Of a stretch of DNA of 50,335 bases, positions 29,882 to 37,722 are shown piece by piece. The notes below the pieces were generated by a model that saw only the letters and a program-made list of their open reading frames with translations, did not search any database and had not been told where the DNA came from. The position numbers and the translations under genes are program-made. Source of the stretch: an uncultured Alphaproteobacteria bacterium (lineage in GTDB: Bacteria > Pseudomonadota > Alphaproteobacteria > Rs-D84); assembly GCA_944389645.1 (NCBI GenBank), contig CALXMZ010000033.1, forward strand, positions 1 through 50,335, given 5' to 3'. How positions within the stretch are numbered: the stretch's first letter is position 1; every line of letters begins with the position of its first letter.

Positions 29882-29945
29882 AGTTTTCCTTGCAAAAGCG
29901 CAAGATTTTAATAAAATAACAAACTGTAAATAAAAGGATAATGAA

Positions 29946-30095
29946 ATGGCAACGCCGAAAAGTAAAACAAGTAAAGCACGTTCTGCACAGCGTCGGTCTC
30001 ATGACGCATTGTCAATAATGCCATGCAGCGTATGTAAAGTATGCGGTGAGAAAAAACGTCCGCATCATATATGCCCTGCATGTGGTGCAAAATAA
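29946..30095 (+). CDS. rpmF: 50S ribosomal protein L32 (49 aa, Zn-ribbon form)
   Basis: Read manually: MATPKSKTSKARSAQRRSHDALSIMPCSVCKVCGEKKRPHHICPACGAK; lies upstream of plsX. Confidence 0.95.
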   Translation: MATPKSKTSKARSAQRRSHDALSIMPCSVCKVCGEKKRPHHICPACGAK

Positions 30096-30160
30096 AGAAA
30101 AAACGAAAAACAAAGGCGGAAGTGCACACGAACGTGCCTTTCTGCTTTTTTTAATGTACT

Positions 30161-31219
30161 ATGTCGACAGAAAAGAAAATTATAGCTATTGATGCAATGG
30201 GAGGGGATAAAGGCCCTAATGCTGTTCTTGGTGGGATGAATCAATTCTTATATCAGAATGGTGAGGATAAAGTTTTCTTTCGTTTGTTTGGCGACGAAAA
30301 AATTTTACGAAAATTATTAACGAAATATCCTCGTGTTGCACGTAATTGCGAGGTAATTCATGCACCTAATGCGATAAAAGGTACAGATAAAGTTCGTGAT
30401 GTAATTAGACATTCACAAGATACTTCTATGTATATGGCCATAAAAGATGTTCGTGAAGGGAATTCTGCAGCTGTTGTTAGTGCTGGAAATACGGGAATAT
30501 TGATGTCTTTATCAAAGTTAGCATTAAAGACGATAGACGGTATTTCAAGACCTGCAATTACAACAATGTTACCATCTGGTGGTGGGGATTCTAGGGTTGT
30601 AGTTTTAGATCTTGGGGCGAACGTTCAATGCGACGAAAGTAATTTATTTGATTTTGCTGTTTTAGGTAGTGTTTATGCAGAAGTAATCGGTAAAATGCCT
30701 AGACCAAAAGTTGGCGTTTTGAATATTGGTGAAGAGGATACGAAAGGTAATGAGACCCTTCAGAAATTAAATAAATTATTAAGTGACCACAAAGATAAAT
30801 TGCCGTATGAGTATATAGGTTTTGTGGAAGGTAATGATATTGGCGGAGGAAACGTTCAAGTTGTCGTAACCGATGGTTTTACTGGGAATATAGTATTAAA
30901 AACGGTTGAAGGTACAGCAAAACTTATAAAACGTGTATTAGTTGATAATTTTAAAAAGTCTATTCTTGCCATGGTTGGTGCCTTTTTCTTGGTACATGTT
31001 TTTAAGCGGTTAAAAAACAAAATAGATCCGCGTTCTTATGCCGGGGCAACTTTCTTAGGTTTGAAGGGCTTTGCTGTCAAGACTCATGGTAATAGCGATG
31101 CATTAGCTTTCGCAAATTCTATAAAATATGCCGCAGATTTAACCGGTGCTAATCTTAATGGATTGATTGAAGAAAGAGCGAAAGCGGTTGCGCATATAAG
31201 AGAAGGAATATTATCTTAA
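30161..31219 (+). CDS. plsX: Phosphate acyltransferase PlsX
   Basis: IAIDAMGGD, SAGNTG, LDLGAN, LNIGEE and DGFTGN. Confidence 0.97.
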   Translation: MSTEKKIIAIDAMGGDKGPNAVLGGMNQFLYQNGEDKVFFRLFGDEKILRKLLTKYPRVARNCEVIHAPNAIKGTDKVRDVIRHSQDTSMYMAIKDVREGNSAAVVSAGNTGILMSLSKLALKTIDGISRPAITTMLPSGGGDSRVVVLDLGANVQCDESNLFDFAVLGSVYAEVIGKMPRPKVGVLNIGEEDTKGNETLQKLNKLLSDHKDKLPYEYIGFVEGNDIGGGNVQVVVTDGFTGNIVLKTVEGTAKLIKRVLVDNFKKSILAMVGAFFLVHVFKRLKNKIDPRSYAGATFLGLKGFAVKTHGNSDALAFANSIKYAADLTGANLNGLIEERAKAVAHIREGILS

Positions 31220-31257
31220 ACAAAAAGAATTTTTTATAGGAATATAAGAATATTGAT

Positions 31258-31283
31258 AAAAATCGCTTTTTAAGCGATTTTTT
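31258..31283 (+). terminator. Intrinsic terminator after plsX
   Basis: AAAATCGCTT-TTT-AAGCGATTTT followed by a T-run. Confidence 0.65.
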
Positions 31284-31295
31284 TATTGTATTTGA

Positions 31296-34025
31296 ATGGA
31301 GAGAAAAATGTTTTTAATAAAAAAAATTCCTTTTTGCATGATTGCTTTTTACGGTATTACCGCATATGGGGTAGATGTCGGGGATTTTAGTTCTTTTTAT
31401 AACGCTTACAAAACGAATACTGCGCAAAATGATATAACGATAACGGCAGATTTAACGGCAAATCGCTTAGTTGGTGTAGCAGGAAGCGTGATTACAAATA
31501 TTGATGGTGGTGGGTATAATTTTATAGGAGATAATTACAATGGTTTTACTGTTTCAAGTGATAGCAGTATTTCTTTCACAAATGTCGGGAATTTTAATGT
31601 TTCTGGGCAAAGTGCAACAATAGAGAATTCCGTTAACGGTTTTTATCAATCTGGGCAAGGGGCAGTATTTTCAAATACAGGGGGTAATTTAAATATAGAA
31701 AATTCTGCATTTAATAATAATTCTTCACGGTATGGTGGCAGTGTAGTTTATCAAACCAATAGCGGTAATTTAAGTATATTAAATAGCGTTTTTCAAAATA
31801 ATAGTGTAACGCGTAGCAATGGCGGCGTAATTTATAATCAGTATAGAACAACTGCAAATATAGCAGGTAGTTATTTTCAAGAGAATTCTGCTAGTAATTA
31901 TGGTGGTGTAGTATTTAATGATGGTGAAATAACGGTTTCGGATAGTGTTTTTAGTTCTAATACAGCGACAAGTGGGGCGGCTATATATAATTCAAATACA
32001 GTCACAATGAATAACGTTGATTTTATAGGTAATATAGGTACAGAAAGTGTAGGAGCTGTTTATACTACAGGTATGATGGATATAACAAATAGTACATTTG
32101 GAAATAATAAAGGTGAAACAGGGGGGGCAATAGGTGTTTACGGAATTATAGGAGATGGCTTATATACTGTCGTAAAAAATTCTACATTTACTGGTAATAG
32201 TGCGATGTATGGTGGTGCGCTTTATAACTGGGATGATACATACATAATAGATAGTAGTTTTGTGAATAATACGGCAACGGATGGAGGTGGTGCGATTTTT
32301 AATATAAATGCATTGTTTTTAATAGCGCAGAATTCGGATATAGAATTTACAGGTAATACTTCTTCTGGTGAATCTAATGCGATATATACTTCAGAAACGT
32401 TAGGGCTAAATGCAGCAACTGATTATCAAATAGTTTTCAACGATAAGATAACGGGTTCAGGTTCCATAGTAATAAATAATCCGTATACGTTGGAAGAAAG
32501 TGTTATGCCAACGGGTGGAACAGTATTGCTTAATGAAGATATGAGTGGTTTTAGCGGTGATGTAACAATAGCATCAGGAACAGTTCTGGTTAGTGATAGC
32601 GGTAAATTTTTTAGTGCAAAGGATTTGCAGGTAACGGGTGGGGTTTTAGATTTAGGAACTACGAATACCATAATAAATACTGCAACATTTGAGTCTGGAA
32701 GTACATTAAAATTAAACATACAAAATGCAGATACGTATGGATATTTAACGGCAGATACATTTACAATATCTGAAGGCGCATTGTTAAGCGCTGTTTTAGG
32801 GCCAGATGCAATGCAGGGAAGAGAAAGTTTGCAGGTGCAATTGTTGCGTAGTTCTACGGATATAACAGATAATTTTCTACCTGACATAGATAATAATATT
32901 TATGCTTTCGTAAAATTAGGTAATGGTTGGTATGAAGTGATGCAAGAAAACACGTTTTTAGAGATTATAAAAAATTCTGGTGGTTCACAGAATAATGAAA
33001 ATACTGCTATAGGTTGGCAGAATGCCTCAATAGGTGAGGGTATTATTGCAGACGAAGTTTATGAAAGGTTAGATTATTTACTTCAAGTAGATGCTGGGGG
33101 ATATATAAAAGCTTTAACAGCTCTTGCGCCATCAACCGCTCCTTTAATGGAAATACTAGGTAATTTACATACAGAAAGATATGAGAAATTATTATCTTTT
33201 GACTCTAATAATCGTGAAGAATTTTACATAAGTAATGGTAAGTTTTGGATGGCAGGTTTAGGTGGGGGCAGTAGATTAAAAGAAGATAAATTTTATGCAG
33301 ATTTTGATATTTATGGTTATGGTATAGGTATCGGTGCAGAATATTATAAAAAAAACTTAACTTTAGGTATCGCTTATAATTATCAATACGATAGATTGAA
33401 GAGTTGGGCCAGAGTACTACACGCCCCCACACATGGTATAGGTGGATATGCAAAATATAATTATGGGAATTTTATTTGGAATAATGCATTAAGTTTTTTT
33501 TATAGTAACATAAGTGAAACAAAAAATGTAGCAGGTATTCAACTATTTGATGATTTTGGGCTTTATACCAATTCTATTTGGTCAGATATAGGTTATAGTT
33601 TATCTTTTAATGAATTAAAAATAACTCCTTTTGTAGGTACAAAATATACTTTTTTACATAGAAATAAATCTATTGATAGTGCTGGGCAAGAAATTTCTTC
33701 TGCTAATTTAGATTTTTTAAGTACGTATACAAAATTTATTACAGAATATAAATTTATTTATAATGAATCTTTTAGTTTTTTACCTAGTTTAGAATTAGGT
33801 ATTTCATATGATTGGCTTGCAGATATAGATAATGTAAACGTTGTCATAAGTGATACAGAATATTATATATCAGCAGAACGTTTAGCAAGCTGGCAAGGTT
33901 TAGTCGGATTAAAATTTAAATTTAATTTTGGCGTTTTATACAATTTAGAAGTAGGAGCTGATTTTACGTTTCGCGATGGGTATAATAATTATACCGGTAT
34001 GATAAAAGGAAGTATGAGATTTTAA
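31296..34025 (+). CDS. Autotransporter with Pmp-like (FxxN / GGA[I/L/V]) beta-helix passenger
   Basis: Signal peptide, repeated FxxN...GG(A/V)(I/L/V)(Y/F), and a C-terminal ~270-aa aromatic beta-barrel ending in F. Confidence 0.85.
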   Translation: MERKMFLIKKIPFCMIAFYGITAYGVDVGDFSSFYNAYKTNTAQNDITITADLTANRLVGVAGSVITNIDGGGYNFIGDNYNGFTVSSDSSISFTNVGNFNVSGQSATIENSVNGFYQSGQGAVFSNTGGNLNIENSAFNNNSSRYGGSVVYQTNSGNLSILNSVFQNNSVTRSNGGVIYNQYRTTANIAGSYFQENSASNYGGVVFNDGEITVSDSVFSSNTATSGAAIYNSNTVTMNNVDFIGNIGTESVGAVYTTGMMDITNSTFGNNKGETGGAIGVYGIIGDGLYTVVKNSTFTGNSAMYGGALYNWDDTYIIDSSFVNNTATDGGGAIFNINALFLIAQNSDIEFTGNTSSGESNAIYTSETLGLNAATDYQIVFNDKITGSGSIVINNPYTLEESVMPTGGTVLLNEDMSGFSGDVTIASGTVLVSDSGKFFSAKDLQVTGGVLDLGTTNTIINTATFESGSTLKLNIQNADTYGYLTADTFTISEGALLSAVLGPDAMQGRESLQVQLLRSSTDITDNFLPDIDNNIYAFVKLGNGWYEVMQENTFLEIIKNSGGSQNNENTAIGWQNASIGEGIIADEVYERLDYLLQVDAGGYIKALTALAPSTAPLMEILGNLHTERYEKLLSFDSNNREEFYISNGKFWMAGLGGGSRLKEDKFYADFDIYGYGIGIGAEYYKKNLTLGIAYNYQYDRLKSWARVLHAPTHGIGGYAKYNYGNFIWNNALSFFYSNISETKNVAGIQLFDDFGLYTNSIWSDIGYSLSFNELKITPFVGTKYTFLHRNKSIDSAGQEISSANLDFLSTYTKFITEYKFIYNESFSFLPSLELGISYDWLADIDNVNVVISDTEYYISAERLASWQGLVGLKFKFNFGVLYNLEVGADFTFRDGYNNYTGMIKGSMRF

Positions 34026-34032
34026 AAAACAG

Positions 34033-34060
34033 AACCGTCAACAATTACTTATTGACGGTT
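34033..34060. terminator. Hairpin between the convergent autotransporter and the 111-aa gene
   Basis: AACCGTCAA-N10-TTGACGGTT with a U-run on the minus strand. Confidence 0.7.
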
Positions 34061-34123
34061 GCTCCCTTCCTTCTGGTTCCCCAGAAACTTTTATACTCTT
34101 TTATTTACCGCACATAATATGTT

Positions 34124-34459
34124 TTATGCGGCTTTGGCAAATTTTTTGTTTGATTCTTCATCGTTTGCATCAATTATCTTTTTTGCTTCTGTAAATACCA
34201 TTTCTTTTACTTTTAAAGCCAACGTTTTTGTATCTAAACTTTCTGCTGCAATATCAAAATTATCTGTTCTTATTTGTAATGAAACATAAGCACCAACCAA
34301 AGAATCTTTTGATAAATCTTCAATTGATCGCGGAGAATTATTTTTACCGATTTGTAATTCGTCGGCCAAAGATATTATTTGACGATCTTCATTAACCCAG
34401 ACTGTTGTAGTTAAAACTTGGTTAAGAGCAATCATTATTTCTTTTATATTTTTTGACAT
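34124..34459 (-). CDS. Hypothetical 111-aa protein ending in an ssrA-tag-like peptide
   Basis: Strong AAAGGAGGG SD, its own promoter and terminator; C-terminus ANDEESNKKFAKAA. Confidence 0.8.
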   Translation of the reverse strand: MSKNIKEIMIALNQVLTTTVWVNEDRQIISLADELQIGKNNSPRSIEDLSKDSLVGAYVSLQIRTDNFDIAAESLDTKTLALKVKEMVFTEAKKIIDANDEESNKKFAKAA

Positions 34460-34627
34460 GTGCGGTTCCCTCCTTTTCGGGTTTTATTTTTAACAAATTT
34501 TGTATGTACAAACTGTATTTACAAAAATTTAAGTTAAAATTATTTGTTTTTATAATTTTTTCGCAGAAAACCGATGTTTTTATGGCTTTTTGCGAATTTT
34601 TAAACTTTTCTCCTTGTCTATACTTGG

Positions 34628-34657
34628 ATCTTAGAACAAAAACGAATCGCAGGTCAA
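34628..34657 (-). promoter_or_regulatory. Sigma70-like promoter with GANTC (CGATTCG) in the spacer
   Basis: Minus strand TTGACC-tgCGATTCGtttttgttc-TAAGAT, 18-nt spacer. Confidence 0.55.
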
Positions 34658-34699
34658 GAGAAAAATATAAAAATTTTAAATTTATTTAAAGGTATAAAA

Positions 34700-34754
34700 T
34701 ACCATATTTAAAATATTATTTACCATTGACAACCATAAAATACCATGCTAAATT
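34700..34754 (+). promoter_or_regulatory. mraZ promoter overlapped by 10-bp-periodic direct repeats (putative MraZ operator)
   Basis: WACCAT at 34700, 34721, 34731 and 34741; TTGACA(34726)-N17-TAAATT with TGn. Confidence 0.7.
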
Positions 34755-34807
34755 TTTTATGAAGTCAGAAAGGGTGATGGCGTAAGCCTAAAAACATAAA
34801 AGTAAGA

Positions 34808-35254
34808 ATGTCATTATTTCTCTCATCTTATGAAAATCGTTTGGATACAAAAGGGCGAATATCTGTACCTGCATCCTTTCGGGCTTCTGTTTCTAACGAA
34901 AAATTTTCTGGCGTTGTTTTATATAGATCTTTTACGAATAAATGTATTGAAGGTTTATCTATGTCAAGAATGGAGCAATTGGCTTCTGCTACAGATAAAT
35001 TAGATATATTTAGTAACGAGTTAGATGATTTGTCGGCGATGTTATTTGCAGATGCAAGACCGCTTAATTTTGACGTAACAGGTAGAATAATTATACCGGA
35101 AGATTTATTAAAGTATGCCGACATTAAAGAAAAAGCTATTTTTGTTGGTCGTGGTAATAGTTTTCAGATATGGAACCCAGAATCATTTAAAAAGGTTCAG
35201 GATAAATCCTTAAATAATTTACGTTCTATTCGTCCAAATTTAACAATTCTTTAA
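34808..35254 (+). CDS. mraZ: Division/cell-wall cluster transcriptional regulator MraZ
   Basis: Two DxxGR repeats (LDTKGRISVP and FDVTGRIIIP) and VGRGNSFQIW. Confidence 0.95.
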   Translation: MSLFLSSYENRLDTKGRISVPASFRASVSNEKFSGVVLYRSFTNKCIEGLSMSRMEQLASATDKLDIFSNELDDLSAMLFADARPLNFDVTGRIIIPEDLLKYADIKEKAIFVGRGNSFQIWNPESFKKVQDKSLNNLRSIRPNLTIL

Positions 35255-35258
35255 TTAT

Positions 35259-35282
35259 AAAAGCGCCCTTCAGGGCGCTTTT
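35259..35282. terminator. Bidirectional terminator after mraZ
   Basis: AAAAGCGCCCT-TC-AGGGCGCTTTT. Confidence 0.8.
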
Positions 35283-35302
35283 ATGGTTATATTCTTGGAC
35301 AT

Positions 35303-37543
35303 TTAATCTTTAACGCAAGTATTCGTTTTAGAGCTATATGTATAACCTGTTTCGCAAGAGCATAATGGGTATTTACCTTGTGTGCTTGCACCATGTTCGG
35401 CGGAAGTAGGGCAAGACATACATTTGTTCATACTTGATATATATGAAGCTGTATTTTCTGTACAAACACAATCTGGATATGTACCCGTTGTATTTGATGG
35501 GCATTCTGGATTGGATAATACTTTATTTACCCATTCGTTAGCGCTTGCCTCTTGGGCGTCTGTAACAGACATACAAGTTGTTATGACAGATTTACATGCA
35601 TTTATTGCTATGTTTGTACTTGTCGGATTTGATGCATTATAATTGTTCTGTGATAAGCATGAAGATACATCTGTAATACAATCTTCTGCATAATCAGACA
35701 AAATTTCGTCTTGCATAGACTTTATTTGTATTAAAGTACGACTTAAAAATTCTTTAATTACATCATTGTCTGGTTTATATTTTAAATTCTGACCTGAGCC
35801 GCTATAAGTTATATCTTGGCATTTGTTTAATACAGACATGCACATACCGTAATTTTTACCATCTGAATCATCATGATAACCGATTTTATTCTGTAAAAAT
35901 TCGGACATATTCGTTGTACTAGGTTTTGAAGGTAAAGAAGATTTTACTGTTGAGCTTATATAATCACTGAGCGTGCCATTAGTCCATGCGTTAGAGTTTG
36001 TATCGTAATTCCACGTCTCATAGATAACAGCATTTTCATCATTTGGTGCACCTGGTGCGCTTCCAACGACTATGTCTCCATTAACAATATATTTTCCACT
36101 TGGGTCTAAACAGTTTTCGTAATCGCTACCACAGACAAAATCATCTTGCATACAAGAATCTAATGCATTTACGCAACCACGTAAATCATATGAGTTTTTC
36201 TGCTGAGCAACCAAAAGACGGGCTTTTTGTAAAACGCTTTTAGCGTTTCTGACTGTTGCTGCCATTTGGTCGTTAGATTCTGTTAATGTTCGTTCGTATA
36301 TTATGCATTGTTTGTCTATTTCTAAGTCATAAGAGTTAGTTATAACTGAAATATCCACACCTTGTGCTTGGCAGCTATTTAAGACCGATGCTTTACAGCG
36401 TGCAGCAGCTGTTTTGTAAAGCTGTTCACCACGTTGGTTACTGATAGAAGATGTATCAGTAGTTGTACCAAGTAAATTGCTTAAATTAAAACCAGTACTA
36501 TCTATTGTAAAATCTAATAATCCAGATAAATCTAAGCTTAATCCTGTTGTAGAACTTGTTGATTTACCAGATTCTACATCTATGATCATTTTTTTAATTT
36601 TATCTAAATCATTTTTTAATTGAGTATTATCGGTTGTTGTTTGCATCTCTAATTCGGCTTCTGTTTGTGTAAACAACGTTTCTACTTCATCTGCTGTTAA
36701 TCCGATATATTGAATTTTTTGTGCAACGTCTTGTAATTCTTCTGTTGCTTTTTTTAACGCTTCTTCTGTTTCCGAATAATTTTTCAGATTTGCACTACAA
36801 CTACAACGTCCCTGGTTGTCATCTAATACATTACAGAAATTATCCATGCAAGACGTATATTGAGCTTTGCAAAAATCTGTAATTTGAGCTAGTTCATCCA
36901 TTGTTATACTTGATGATACAGAAGTATCACTTGTTGAAACGCTTGTTGTTGATGTGCCTGTCCTGACCGTTGGTACGCGAGCACTTACGGATGATGTATT
37001 TACTCCTACTCTACTAGTTATATATAACGGTTGGTTAACTGTATCCGTTTGAACAATGGAGGAGCGCGCTGTGGTTGCGTTGTTCGTTTGAGTATTACGT
37101 GCAGTTACGCCCGGAGTTTTTGTTGTTGTCGTCGTCGTCCGTGCGGTAGTCGTTGGACGTCTATTCGTTGTAGTCGTTGTGGTTGTAGTCGGAACGGTTC
37201 TTGTCGCTGTTGTCGTTGCTGCTCTACTAGTTACCGAACGAGATATGTTTGCGTTTGTATTGCGATTTGATGTATTACGACTCGTCGTAGAAGATGATGC
37301 GACTGCTCTGGACGTTGCTGCTCTACCGCTTGTATTCCTTGGGCTAACTGTGCTTGGAGTTACAGGGTTTACGACTGTTTTCTGTTGTTCTTTTTCTTCT
37401 GTTTTATCAGAAGAATCTTTCGGCGTAGTGTCGGAATATTCTTCGTTATATTCCATTACATCTTCATAATAATATGCCGGAACAACCTCTGCAAAAGCTG
37501 GTAAAACAAGCAAACTACTAAGTACAGCAATAAAACGTTTCAT
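35303..37543 (-). CDS. Secreted protein with a Thr/Ser/Arg-rich low-complexity region and Cys-rich domains (746 aa), function unknown
   Basis: Signal peptide (…LPAFA|E), poly-Thr tracts, CxxxYxxCMDxFC, a coiled-coil stretch and EGF-like C-terminal Cys repeats. Confidence 0.8.
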   Translation of the reverse strand: MKRFIAVLSSLLVLPAFAEVVPAYYYEDVMEYNEEYSDTTPKDSSDKTEEKEQQKTVVNPVTPSTVSPRNTSGRAATSRAVASSSTTSRNTSNRNTNANISRSVTSRAATTTATRTVPTTTTTTTTNRRPTTTARTTTTTTKTPGVTARNTQTNNATTARSSIVQTDTVNQPLYITSRVGVNTSSVSARVPTVRTGTSTTSVSTSDTSVSSSITMDELAQITDFCKAQYTSCMDNFCNVLDDNQGRCSCSANLKNYSETEEALKKATEELQDVAQKIQYIGLTADEVETLFTQTEAELEMQTTTDNTQLKNDLDKIKKMIIDVESGKSTSSTTGLSLDLSGLLDFTIDSTGFNLSNLLGTTTDTSSISNQRGEQLYKTAAARCKASVLNSCQAQGVDISVITNSYDLEIDKQCIIYERTLTESNDQMAATVRNAKSVLQKARLLVAQQKNSYDLRGCVNALDSCMQDDFVCGSDYENCLDPSGKYIVNGDIVVGSAPGAPNDENAVIYETWNYDTNSNAWTNGTLSDYISSTVKSSLPSKPSTTNMSEFLQNKIGYHDDSDGKNYGMCMSVLNKCQDITYSGSGQNLKYKPDNDVIKEFLSRTLIQIKSMQDEILSDYAEDCITDVSSCLSQNNYNASNPTSTNIAINACKSVITTCMSVTDAQEASANEWVNKVLSNPECPSNTTGTYPDCVCTENTASYISSMNKCMSCPTSAEHGASTQGKYPLCSCETGYTYSSKTNTCVKD

Positions 37544-37722
37544 GGCAAAAAATCCCTTCTATTGCTACTCATTTTATCATAATGTGTATAATATATCAAA
37601 TGAAAAAATGTTCTTATGTCTGTAAGTATTAAGTTTTTACTTTTGTTGTTTTTATATTTTAGTTTATGGATTTTTACTTGTAAATCTTGTTATAGTAAAT
37701 ATAATAACTGAAAAGGTAAAAA

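Noticed and set aside
29946-30095. Short four-Cys L32 as a novelty
   Set aside because: Zn-ribbon and short L32 variants are well known.
29908-30129. 73-aa minus-strand ORF
   Set aside because: It is antisense to the real rpmF at 29946-30095.
34030-34200. An actual tmRNA gene behind the ssrA-like peptide
   Set aside because: No tRNA-Ala-like acceptor or T-arm was seen, and the peptide is in frame at the end of an ordinary ORF with its own SD.
34633-34648. Alphaproteobacterial LexA box (GAAC-N7-GAAC)
   Set aside because: The sequence is GAAC-N6-GAAT, so spacing and the second half-site do not fit; a GANTC site explains it better.
37040-37330. GTT/GTC trinucleotide-like repeats as a tandem array or CRISPR
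   Set aside because: They are Thr codons of the low-complexity region of the 746-aa protein; there is no repeat-spacer structure.
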